A stretch of DNA of 64,000 nt from Chloroflexota bacterium. GTDB lineage: Bacteria > Chloroflexota > Limnocylindria > Limnocylindrales > CSP1-4. The notes under the pieces were generated by a model that did not search any database, was not told where the DNA came from, and saw only the letters and a program-made list of their open reading frames with translations. Below are positions 37,801 through 46,238 of the stretch, piece by piece. A program made the position numbers and the translations under genes. Every line of letters starts with the position of its first letter. The first letter of the stretch is position 1. Location: assembly GCA_045804645.1 (NCBI GenBank), contig JBJMMR010000047.1, positions 37,713 to 101,712 of the forward strand. Direction: 5' to 3'.

Positions 37801-38732
37801 AGCGCTTCCTCGAGGTCGCTGTGGGCCTGCTCGATGTCGGCAGCGGCGTCGTTGATCCCGCCCTGCCCGATGTCGGCCATGATCAGGACCAGGGATCGGG
37901 TGTCGGGAGGCAGCTGGTTCTTGGCGGCCTGTTCCTTCTCGACCGCCCGCTTGATCTCCTGTGTGCTCGCGCCGCGCTGCACGGCGACGTACAGGGCGCG
38001 AAGGGCCGCGTCGTAGGCGTGGCTTCGGTCGAGCCATTGGTCGAGCGTCGAGACATCGACCGTGGCCTTCAGCTGGTCGCGGAGCTTCCGCGCGTCGGCG
38101 ATCGCCTTGTCCGCGTCGTCCAGATGACCGAGCGCGACGCGATAGTCCGCCTTGCGCCCCGCTGCAGCGGCGTCGACGACGGCTTGGTCGTGCTCGGCGA
38201 GGAGCCCGGACAGCCGATTCGCGGCGAGCGCGCTGGCGACAAGGCCTGCCCACGCGGAATCGAGTCGATCGGTCGAGCCGAGCCCACCGACGTACGCCTC
38301 GTGCCGATCCACGGTGTCGGGCGATAGCTCGTACGCGGCCGCCGGCGTCCCGACGATCGGGACCTGCCCCAACGCAGTTCGGATCCGCTCGCTTCGTGCC
38401 GTGATGTCGCCGACGAGCTGCGTCCCCTGCGCCGTCGCGGCATCGACGGCATCGGTGTCGTTGCCCGACATCGAAGCAAGGATCGAACGCGCCTGCTCAC
38501 CGAGCGCGGCGACGTCATCGGACAGCGTGTGGAGGTCGGCTTCGATCGCGTCGAGCGACGCGTTCACGACGGCATCGCCGTGACCGGTGCGCCCCGTGCG
38601 ATCGGCGCCATTCGGCGCGGGCGTGTCCATCCCGGCGACCACACCCGCCGCACCGAGGGCGATCAATGCCGCCGCGAGGAGCCAGACGAGCGCGAGGCCT
38701 CCCTGCCGGGCGGTGTCGCCGATCCGAGCCAG
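37773..38732 (-). CDS. membrane-anchored helical hypothetical protein
   Basis: Strong third-position G/C throughout, with an N-terminal signal-anchor (ARIGDTARQGG-LALVWLLAAALIALGAAGVVAG). No ATG/GTG/TTG lies upstream of the TM, so I placed the start at CTG 38732, 6 nt after GGAGG. The canonical fallback is ATG 38630. Confidence 0.65.
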   Translation of the reverse strand: MARIGDTARQGGLALVWLLAAALIALGAAGVVAGMDTPAPNGADRTGRTGHGDAVVNASLDAIEADLHTLSDDVAALGEQARSILASMSGNDTDAVDAATAQGTQLVGDITARSERIRTALGQVPIVGTPAAAYELSPDTVDRHEAYVGGLGSTDRLDSAWAGLVASALAANRLSGLLAEHDQAVVDAAAAGRKADYRVALGHLDDADKAIADARKLRDQLKATVDVSTLDQWLDRSHAYDAALRALYVAVQRGASTQEIKRAVEKEQAAKNQLPPDTRSLVLIMADIGQGGINDAAADIEQAHSDLEEALAPPVDAGP

Positions 38733-38859
38733 TGCTTTCCTCCGGGTCAGGGCGTTCGGGTCGCCGCGGGGTGAGGGCGCTCGTGGACCCGCGGGATCGT
38801 CCCGCGGTCGAGGCGGCGGAATCGTAGCATCGGCCGATGACCGCTCCTGATGACAGACG

Positions 38860-38967
38860 GGCCCGTGATGACGCTCAGACCGTCGACGCCACGATGGCCC
38901 GTGATGACGCCCAGGCCGTCGGCGCCGCAACGGCCCGCGATGACGCCCAGGCCCGCGACGCCACCAG
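38860..38967. repeat. three tandem 36-bp repeats plus a degenerate partial unit upstream
   Basis: Units at 38860-38895, 38896-38931 and 38932-38967 (GGCCCGTGATGACGC.CAG.CCGTCG.CGCC...), about 80-85 percent identical by eye. Confidence 0.9.
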
Positions 38968-38995
38968 GGCAGCTCGCCGACGGCTGTTGGAGACG

Positions 38996-40015
38996 ATGCC
39001 GAAGGCCGAGCTCCACCTGCACCTCGATGGCTCGCTGCGCATCGCGACGGCGATCGAACTCGCGAGGACGCGTGGGATCGAGGCACCTGACGACTGGTTC
39101 GGTATGTCGGCGGCGCTGGTCGGGGAGATGCCCGGGACGTCACAGGCGGAGCTGCTCAAGCGGTTCGACCTGCCGATCGCCCTGATGCAGGACGCCGAGG
39201 CGCTCGAGCGCATCACGGTCGAACTCGTCGAGGACAAGGCCGCCGACAACGTCCGCTACGCCGAGATCCGCTGGGGCCCGCTGCTTCACGTCATGGGGGG
39301 GCTGCCGCTCGCGGACGGGATCGCGGCCGTGGTCCGCGGGGCGCGCTCGGCGGCGGCTCGTACGGGCATCACGGTCCGCCTCATCTCCACGGCGCTGCGA
39401 TCGCACGATCCGGACCGGAACGTGGAACTGGCACAGACCGCCGCCGGGTTCATCGACGACGGGCTGACGGGCTGGGACCTCGCGGGTCAGGAAGCGGCGT
39501 ACCCGGACCCCTTGCTGCACGGACGGTCGTTCGAGGTAGCGCGCGAGAACGGACTCCACATCACGATCCACGCCGGCGAATGGGGCGGCGCCGCGCAGGT
39601 ACGCCGCGCGCTGGTAGTCGACCCGGAACGCATCGCGCACGGTCCGGGCGCGATCGATGACCGACCCTTGTGCGCGGACCTCACGGCTCGCGGAATCACG
39701 CTCGACCTTGCGCCGACCTCGAACTGGCAGGCGGGGATCGTCTCGTCGGTGGCGGAGCACCCGATCGGCCCGCTCTATCGGATGGGCGTGCCGGTCACGC
39801 TGAACACCGACGACCTCACCGTCTCCGACCTGAAGCTGTCCGACGAGTACGTGAACGCCGCCGAGCAGATCGGGCTCGCGTTGCCCGACCTCTGGGCGAT
39901 CGACCGCCATGCGCTCGACGTCGCCTTCCTCGACGAGACGACGCGCGAGCACCTCCGCGCGGACTTCGACCTGTGGGCAGCGAACGTCCCCGAGCTCGCC
40001 GGCCCAGGCGGCTAG
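38996..40015 (+). CDS. add: adenosine deaminase
   Basis: The canonical N-terminus MPKAELHLHLDGSLR, then ITIHAGE and the C-terminal NTDD motif (VTLNTDD). An in-frame ATG at 38837 would add a repeat-encoded 53-aa extension, but third-position G/C is lower there. Confidence 0.9.
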   Translation: MPKAELHLHLDGSLRIATAIELARTRGIEAPDDWFGMSAALVGEMPGTSQAELLKRFDLPIALMQDAEALERITVELVEDKAADNVRYAEIRWGPLLHVMGGLPLADGIAAVVRGARSAAARTGITVRLISTALRSHDPDRNVELAQTAAGFIDDGLTGWDLAGQEAAYPDPLLHGRSFEVARENGLHITIHAGEWGGAAQVRRALVVDPERIAHGPGAIDDRPLCADLTARGITLDLAPTSNWQAGIVSSVAEHPIGPLYRMGVPVTLNTDDLTVSDLKLSDEYVNAAEQIGLALPDLWAIDRHALDVAFLDETTREHLRADFDLWAANVPELAGPGG

Positions 40016-40049
40016 GGCGACGCGCGGACACGCTGGCGACGCTCACGCG

Positions 40050-40250
40050 CCGACGGCCGCCCGACGCTTACTCACCGACGGCCGCCCGACCTGCTGTCAC
40101 CCGGCGACCGAACGAGCGAATGAAACGGGCCTCGGCCGGCCTGCTGTCACCCGGCGACCGAATCGCCGCCCTCCTGTCACCCGGCGACCGAACGAGCGGA
40201 CGAACCGCGCGAACGGCGCTCCCAGCCGCCGGCCCGGTCACCGGCCGACA
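40050..40250. repeat. mosaic of short direct repeats in a convergent intergenic region
   Basis: CTGTCACCCGGCGACCGAA is perfect at 40094, 40144 and 40174, with a degenerate copy GTCACCGGCCGAC at 40236. CCGACGGCCGCCCGAC occurs at 40050 and 40075. Confidence 0.85.
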
Positions 40251-40325
40251 GGTTCGGCGGATCAAAGGCCTTCCGCGCCATCTCGCCCGCCGTTTCAACC
40301 TTGGGATGACAGAAGGGGCAGCGGC

Positions 40326-41171
40326 CTACTTCGCGAACCCCTCGAGAGCAGCCGAGAGCTCCTCGGCGTTCGCGGCGACGGCGTCGGGTCGCTGGTCCGG
40401 CGGGAGTGCGTCGACGTCGGCCTGGGTCGCGATGCCCGTAAGCATCAGGACGCTTCGAGCGCCGATCGCCTTCGCCCCCGCGAGGTCCGTCGCGATCCCG
40501 TCGCCGATCACGATGGCGTCCTTCGGTGACCGGCCGACGGCCTCGGCCGCCAACTCGAACAGGTGGGGCTCTGGCTTCCCGATCGACAGCGGGGTCACGC
40601 CGGTCGTGGCCTCCAACGCCGCGGCGATCGACCCCGCCCCTGGTCGGAGACCACGCTCGGTCGGATAGACCGGATCCCGGTTGGTCGCGATGAACCTGGC
40701 TCCGGCACGGATGCAGTCGGCAGCCGCCGCGATCCGCAGGTAGGTCAACGCGGGATCCAGGCCCGTGACGACGGCGTCGGGAGCACCGGCGGCAGCCCAC
40801 CCATCGATGCCCTCCTGATGCATCCGTGTCGCCGCGTGGCCGGCGGTCACCACGTCGACCCCGACGTCGCGCAGCTCGCGGTCGAGACCGCTCGCGCCGA
40901 GCGTCAGCACGCGGTGGATCCCCGGTTCGTGGCGCTCGATGTGCAGCGCGGTCGCCCGGGACGACGACACGACGCGATCCCCGGACACGGGACAGCCCAT
41001 CGCCGCCAGCCGGGTCACGTAGTCGGCCCGGTAGTGCATCGAGTTGTTCGTGACATAGACGACCTCGGCGCCGTGGCTCGCGAGCGCGGCCAGCAGGCCT
41101 GCGACGCCGGGCACGGGCTCACTGCCGCGATACACGACTCCGTCGAGGTCGACGAGCAGGAGGAGACTCAC
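40326..41171 (-). CDS. HAD-IIA family hydrolase (NagD/phosphatase-like)
   Basis: LVDLDGVVYRG motif I, VTNNS motif II and GDGIATD motif IV. Confidence 0.85.
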   Translation of the reverse strand: MSLLLLVDLDGVVYRGSEPVPGVAGLLAALASHGAEVVYVTNNSMHYRADYVTRLAAMGCPVSGDRVVSSSRATALHIERHEPGIHRVLTLGASGLDRELRDVGVDVVTAGHAATRMHQEGIDGWAAAGAPDAVVTGLDPALTYLRIAAAADCIRAGARFIATNRDPVYPTERGLRPGAGSIAAALEATTGVTPLSIGKPEPHLFELAAEAVGRSPKDAIVIGDGIATDLAGAKAIGARSVLMLTGIATQADVDALPPDQRPDAVAANAEELSAALEGFAK

Positions 41172-41230
41172 GCGTCCGATCGTACCGGCCGCCCCGGGAC
41201 GGCGTCGGAGCCGCGTACGATCGCCGTCAC

Positions 41231-41806
41231 ATGCCCACCTCTCGTGACCCCCTGGCCGACACGGAGCGACTCATCGTCGACGGCTCGAACCTCCTGCCCG
41301 CGCTCGCTCGAAGCAGCGGTGGGGTGCCGCCGGCGGCGCTGATCGGCCGGTTGCGCGCCGCTATCCCCGCGACGATCGCCGTCGAGCTTGTCTTCGACGG
41401 CCCGCCGGATCCCGGCCTTCGAGGCGAGCGGATCGCTGCCGGCGTCACGGTCCGCAACGCCGGTCGACGCACCGCGGACGAGGCGATCCTCGAACTGATC
41501 GAACGCGCCGGACCGACCTTCGCCACCCGAAACGCTGACACGTTCCTGGTCGTCACCGACGATCGCGGACTCGCGGCTGGCGTCCGCGCTCGCGGCGGGC
41601 GGACCGCCGGGACAGGCTGGCTCATCGGCCGTTTGCAGCGACCGCGACTCGCGTCGCCCTCGGTCGGGAATCGCACCCCGCCTGCGCCGCCCCGAACATA
41701 CGGCGGCGACCCGGATCGAACCCCGTGGAAGCCCGGTCGCGGCGCCACTGTCAAGAAGGGCAACCCACGTCGTCGACGGCCTTCCTCGGGTAGCATGCCG
41801 TCGTGA
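41231..41806 (+). CDS. NYN/YacP-like (PIN-fold) RNA-binding/ribonuclease domain protein
   Basis: LIVDGSNLL N-terminus, FLVVTDD, and a basic Pro-rich tail. Confidence 0.65.
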   Translation: MPTSRDPLADTERLIVDGSNLLPALARSSGGVPPAALIGRLRAAIPATIAVELVFDGPPDPGLRGERIAAGVTVRNAGRRTADEAILELIERAGPTFATRNADTFLVVTDDRGLAAGVRARGGRTAGTGWLIGRLQRPRLASPSVGNRTPPAPPRTYGGDPDRTPWKPGRGATVKKGNPRRRRPSSGSMPS

Positions 41807-42285
41807 GCCTCGTCGACACGCTGAACCAGATCTGGAACTCGATCCTGGACATCACGCAGATGTTCGTGATCCCGGACTGGGGGTCGGTCATCGGCCTGTT
41901 GCCGATCCTGATCTTCCTCGGTGTCGTCGGGCCGCTCGTCACGTTCCTGATGCTTGGGATCGTGGTCTACCAGGTCGCGAAACCCCGGCCGCGCCTCCAG
42001 CTTGCCGAGGGTCCGGAGGTCGCGCAGATCGGTGCGAACGGGCAGCCGATCTTCCCGCCCGGCCTCCCGTTCTGCCGCCAGCACGGCCTCATCTACTCGA
42101 CTGGCACCATCCACTGCGAACGCGGCGGCGAGGACCTGTCGGTGATCTGCCCGATGTGTGGACTCGGCCGACCCGCGGCCATCGAGACCTGCACGAACTG
42201 CGGGCTCGTCCTCAACGTGAAGTCCCGGCCGGTCCCAGTCGTCCGGTCGAGCGGTCCCAAGCCGGGCGGCGCCGCGGTCGCTTAG
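41803..42285 (+). CDS. membrane protein with a C-terminal Cys-rich zinc-ribbon-like domain
   Basis: The GTG start overlaps the upstream stop (GTGA). It has one or two TM helices, then FCRQHG...HCERGG...CPMCG...CTNCG. Confidence 0.65.
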   Translation: MSLVDTLNQIWNSILDITQMFVIPDWGSVIGLLPILIFLGVVGPLVTFLMLGIVVYQVAKPRPRLQLAEGPEVAQIGANGQPIFPPGLPFCRQHGLIYSTGTIHCERGGEDLSVICPMCGLGRPAAIETCTNCGLVLNVKSRPVPVVRSSGPKPGGAAVA

Positions 42286-42343
42286 CGGTCGCCAGCCCCC
42301 GGGCAACCCTCGTCGTCCTTCGAGCGTCCACAGAGGCAACGAC

Positions 42344-43285
42344 ATGGCTGAACTGTCATCGATCCTCTTTCCTATCGGGGTCGTGCTCGTCGCGCTCGCG
42401 TTCGCAGCGCACGTCGGGCATGGCGTGATGCTCGCGAATGGGCGCCGCGTCGCACTCCCCGCGATCGGTGCGTCGGGGCAGCCTGCCTACGCCGGTGTCG
42501 CGACGGGTTCGTTCGTCACTTCGACGGTCGGCTCCGCTGGCGCCACTCCGGCGATCGCCGCCTCGCCGAGCCCGCTGTCGCGCGCCGCCTCCTGGCTGAC
42601 CGTCGCGGCCGTCGCGGTCCTCGGAGCGTCGATCCTGCTGCGCGGCATCGTCGTCGGGCGTGGGCCGTGGGGGAACATGTTCGAGTTCACAGTCGCCTTC
42701 GCGACATCGATGGTCGCGGGATACGAGTTCCTCGCCCGCCGCTACCCGATCCGTTCGATCGGCTTCCTGCCGCTCGGCGTCGCGCTCGCCTTGCTGTTGT
42801 ACGCGTCGTCGCTTCCGCGCGAGATCTCGCAGCTGGTGCCGGCGCTCCAGAACCCGCCGCTGCTCACGATCCACGTGGGCATGGCAGTGCTCTCGTACGG
42901 GATCTTCGCGACGTCGTTCGCGGCAGGCGTGGCCTATCTGATCCAGGGGCAGGACGATCGATTCGCGTGGCTGCCGTCACACAAGGTGCTCGACGAGGTC
43001 GCGTATCGCGCGGTCATCATCGGTTTCCCGATCTTTGCGACCATGATCATCCTGGGCTCGTGGTGGGCATCGATCGCCTGGTCCCGCTACTGGGGCTGGG
43101 ACCCCAAGGAGACGGCGGCCCTCGTGACGTGGCTCACGTACGCCGTCTACCTGCACGCGCGCAATCAGCGTTCATGGGCCGGCCGACCGGCGGCCCTGCT
43201 GCTCGTCGTCGGCTTCGGCATGGTCCTCGTCACATATTCCGGCTCGCTCTGGTTCTCCGGACTGCACGCGTATAGCGGTCTCTGA
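42344..43285 (+). CDS. ccsB: c-type cytochrome biogenesis protein CcsB/ResC (system II heme handling)
   Basis: Polytopic membrane protein with the Trp-rich heme motif WGWDPKETAALVTW and conserved His residues. Confidence 0.9.
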   Translation: MAELSSILFPIGVVLVALAFAAHVGHGVMLANGRRVALPAIGASGQPAYAGVATGSFVTSTVGSAGATPAIAASPSPLSRAASWLTVAAVAVLGASILLRGIVVGRGPWGNMFEFTVAFATSMVAGYEFLARRYPIRSIGFLPLGVALALLLYASSLPREISQLVPALQNPPLLTIHVGMAVLSYGIFATSFAAGVAYLIQGQDDRFAWLPSHKVLDEVAYRAVIIGFPIFATMIILGSWWASIAWSRYWGWDPKETAALVTWLTYAVYLHARNQRSWAGRPAALLLVVGFGMVLVTYSGSLWFSGLHAYSGL

Positions 43286-43291
43286 TCGCCT

Positions 43292-44395
43292 ATGGCCGAG
43301 GCGCCGACCGACGCTCCGGTCATCGACACCCTCGGACTCGCGAAGCGCTACGGCCACGCCGACGCCCTGATCGACCTCACCCTGCGCGTCGAGCCGGGTG
43401 AGGTCTTCGGTTTTCTCGGCCCGAACGGCGCCGGCAAGACGACCGCCGTCAAGCTGCTACTCGGGTTGGCGCGGGCGACCGGGGGCAGTGGCACCGTTTT
43501 GGGCGCGCCACTCGGCGACCGACGGGCGCGACGGGAGATCGGGTATCTCCCCGAGCTGTTCCGGTACCAGCCCTGGCTCCGTGCGCGAGAGGTGGTCGAG
43601 CTGCACCGACGGTTGCGGGCGGTCGACGGCGGTGGGTCAGCCTCGGGTTCGCGGTCGGCCTCGGGCTCGGGCTCGGCGAAGCCGTCGACCTCGGGCTCGC
43701 GCTCCGCGTCGCCCTCGGGCTCACCGAAGTCGTCGGCCTCGCGCGCGCCGAAGTCGTCAGGGTCGGGCTCCGCCTCGGCCGATGAGGTCGCGGCGGCGCT
43801 CGAGCTTGTCGGCCTCGCGGATCGCGCCGACGACACCGTCGGTGGCTTTTCGAAGGGGATGCAGCAGCGGCTCGGTCTGGCGGTAGCGCTCCTCGGTGCG
43901 CCCCGTCTCGTGATCCTCGACGAGCCGACCTCGGCCCTCGACCCGGTCGGTCGTGCCGACGTTCGATCGATCGTCCGACAGGCGGCCGACGCCGGGTCGA
44001 CGATCTTCCTCAACAGTCATCTCTTGACCGAAGTCGAGCGCGTATGTGACCGGGTCGCGATCGTCGACCACGGGCGCGTCCTCGCCAGCGGTCGGATCGA
44101 CGACCTGCTCGGTGAGTCGTCGGTCCGTGTTCGCGTCACGGACCTCGCGGCGGCCGACGTCGCCGAACTCCGACGGTTCGGACGCGTCGCCGTGACCGAG
44201 GACGGGTGGTTCTCGATCGCAGGTCTCGATCCAGAACGGGTACCCGACGTCGTCGCGGCGATCGTGGCCGTCGGCGGGCGGGTCCACGCGGTCGAATCCG
44301 GGCGCCTCACCCTCGAGGATCTGTTCATGCGCTTGGTCGGCCGGGGCGGCGGGGGCGGTTCGGGCGGCGCGGGCGATGGCGCCGAGCCCACATGA
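43292..44395 (+). CDS. ABC transporter ATP-binding protein with a Ser/Gly-rich insertion
   Basis: Walker A GPNGAGKTT, signature FSKGMQQR and Walker B LVILDEPTSALD. About 55 aa of low complexity are inserted in the helical subdomain. Confidence 0.9.
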   Translation: MAEAPTDAPVIDTLGLAKRYGHADALIDLTLRVEPGEVFGFLGPNGAGKTTAVKLLLGLARATGGSGTVLGAPLGDRRARREIGYLPELFRYQPWLRAREVVELHRRLRAVDGGGSASGSRSASGSGSAKPSTSGSRSASPSGSPKSSASRAPKSSGSGSASADEVAAALELVGLADRADDTVGGFSKGMQQRLGLAVALLGAPRLVILDEPTSALDPVGRADVRSIVRQAADAGSTIFLNSHLLTEVERVCDRVAIVDHGRVLASGRIDDLLGESSVRVRVTDLAAADVAELRRFGRVAVTEDGWFSIAGLDPERVPDVVAAIVAVGGRVHAVESGRLTLEDLFMRLVGRGGGGGSGGAGDGAEPT

Positions 44396-45258
44396 CAGCC
44401 GCGTGGATCATCGCCCGGCTCACCGTCGAGGAGGCAGCGCGTCGCCGGATCCTGTGGGTTCTGCTCGCCCTCACGCTGATCAGCGTGGTGTTGACGACGT
44501 GGGGGGTCGAGCGGCTCGTGACCCTCGCCCGCGAGGGTCCTGACCCGGCGAACGAGATCGAGATCCAGGTTGGCGTATCGCAGGTCCTGATCCTTGTCGC
44601 GTTCATGTTCAGCTTCGTGCTCGCGATGACCGCGGCGTTCCTCGGTGCGCCATCGATCGCGTCAGATGTCGAGTCGGGGATCGCTCATGCCATCCTCGCG
44701 CGGCCCATCCGGCGGGCGGACCTCATCGTCGGGCGGTGGATCGGCCTCGCCGCGATCGTGATCGGGTATGCATCGCTGTCGGGCTTGCTCGAGGTGGCCG
44801 CAGTCCGCCTCGTGTCGGGGTATTCGCCCCCGCAACCGTGGCTGGCCGTCGTGTTCTTGTCGGGCCAGGCGATCGTGCTCTTGACGTTCGCGATGCTGCT
44901 CAGCACTCGGCTCCCGGCGATCGCGAGCGGGGCGGTGTGCGTGGTGTTGTTCGGGCTCGGCTGGATGGCCGGCGTGTTCGCTGGGATCGGCCGGTTCTTC
45001 GACACCGGGCCATTGGTCGCCGCAGCCGAGGCGTCACGTTGGCTGCTGCCGTCCGACGGCCTGTGGCGGGGAACGATCTATGCGCTCGAGCCGTCGGTCG
45101 TGATCGCCGGCATCGTCGGCGTGGGTGGCCCGAGAGCGCAGGCGAACCCCTTCTTCTCGCCGACACCGCCAGAGACCGAGTTCATCGTCTGGTCGGTGAT
45201 CTGGATCGCCCTGGTCCTCGCACTGGCGACGTGGTCGTTGTCGAGGCGCGACCTATAG
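44392..45258 (+). CDS. ABC-2 type transporter permease
   Basis: The ATG overlaps the upstream stop (ATGA). It has 6 TM segments, with a large gap after TM1 typical of ABC-2/NosY-like permeases. Confidence 0.8.
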   Translation: MTAAWIIARLTVEEAARRRILWVLLALTLISVVLTTWGVERLVTLAREGPDPANEIEIQVGVSQVLILVAFMFSFVLAMTAAFLGAPSIASDVESGIAHAILARPIRRADLIVGRWIGLAAIVIGYASLSGLLEVAAVRLVSGYSPPQPWLAVVFLSGQAIVLLTFAMLLSTRLPAIASGAVCVVLFGLGWMAGVFAGIGRFFDTGPLVAAAEASRWLLPSDGLWRGTIYALEPSVVIAGIVGVGGPRAQANPFFSPTPPETEFIVWSVIWIALVLALATWSLSRRDL

Positions 45259-45301
45259 CCGAGTAACGGCCCGGTGAGGTCGTCGCGCCACACTCCCTGC
45301 C

Positions 45302-45964
45302 GTGAGCACGCGCGAACGCCCGATCGACCGCGGCCGGCGCCTCGCGACAGCGGACCGTCGCCGCATCGGAGGCGAACTACGTCTCGCGCGGCAGGTCTTA
45401 GGCCGATCGCTTGATTCGGTCGGCGACGACGCGCGAATGTCAGGCGCTCACGTCGGAAGGATCGAACGCGGCGTGGTTGCGACCGTGAGCCTTGACCAGT
45501 TGGCGTCGATCGGCGCCGTCGTCGGCCTCGATGTTCGCGTTCGCGCGTATCCTGGCCCGGCAGCCATCGTGGACGCCGGACAGGTCGCGCTCCTTGGTCG
45601 CCTGCGCGAGCGGCTCCCCGACCATCTTGGTTTCCGCGCCGAAGTCCCGCTGCCGTTCCGCGGCGATCAGCGCGCATGGGACGCGATGATCGACCGGCTC
45701 CTCGGCCTGAGCGACCACCTCCCCGTCGAAGCCGAGTCACGCCTCATCGACGTCCAGGCGCAGGTGCGACGGATCATGCTCAAGTTGCGAGACAGTGGAC
45801 TCGCGCACGTCCTGGTGGTCGTTTCCGACACACGGAGGAACCGCGAGGCCCTGGCGGCTGCGGCCTCAGCTGTGCTCGGCGACTTTCCGATCCCGCCTCG
45901 ACGCGCGCTCCGGGCGCTCGCCGCGGGGCACCACCCGGGCGGTTCCTCGATCATCCGCCTGTGA
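45302..45964 (+). CDS. XRE-family HTH protein with an uncharacterised C-terminal domain
   Basis: HTH region (LRLARQVLGRSLDSVGDDARMSGAHVGRIERG) followed by a ~130-aa alpha/beta-looking domain. Confidence 0.7.
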   Translation: MSTRERPIDRGRRLATADRRRIGGELRLARQVLGRSLDSVGDDARMSGAHVGRIERGVVATVSLDQLASIGAVVGLDVRVRAYPGPAAIVDAGQVALLGRLRERLPDHLGFRAEVPLPFRGDQRAWDAMIDRLLGLSDHLPVEAESRLIDVQAQVRRIMLKLRDSGLAHVLVVVSDTRRNREALAAAASAVLGDFPIPPRRALRALAAGHHPGGSSIIRL

Positions 45965-45965
45965 T

Positions 45966-45982
45966 CGAACGCCCGGCGTTCG
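45966..45982 (+). terminator. hairpin immediately after the XRE gene stop
   Basis: CGAACGC-CCG-GCGTTCG, a 7-bp stem 2 nt after the TGA. No U-tract. Confidence 0.3.
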
Positions 45983-46238
45983 AACCGACCAGCCAACCGG
46001 CGTCCGTCGGTCAGCTCGAACCCTGCACGTTCGGATCGCACCAGAAACGAGCCCTGTCGGGCCTTGCCCGCGGTTCACCCGCCGGTTCGAACCTGGGGGG
46101 TTCAGCCATCCCATGTGGAAGGCGAGTCCGCTCGGCGCTCGCGGCTACTCGAGGTACTCACGAGCGCGGGCGTCCGACCGCCCGCCCCGTGGACCGCCGC
46201 GGCCGCCCGGGACCGCCGGGGCTCGCGGCCCTCCGGGA

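Noticed and set aside
38837-38995. An N-terminal 53-aa extension of adenosine deaminase starting at ATG 38837.
   Set aside because: The canonical ADA N-terminus starts at 38996. The extension is entirely repeat-encoded and has lower third-position G/C. I kept it as a finding rather than as the gene model.
40050-40250. Possible CRISPR array formed by the 19-nt repeats.
   Set aside because: There are only three perfect copies. The spacings are irregular and short (50 and 30 bp), the repeat is shorter than typical CRISPR repeats, and no cas genes are in the window.
45965-46238. tRNA-like fragments or an att site, suggested by repeated GGTTCGAAC/GTTCGAACC motifs after the XRE gene.
   Set aside because: I could not fold any cloverleaf or T-arm with a complementary stem. 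There is no integrase nearby and no matching direct repeat elsewhere in the window.
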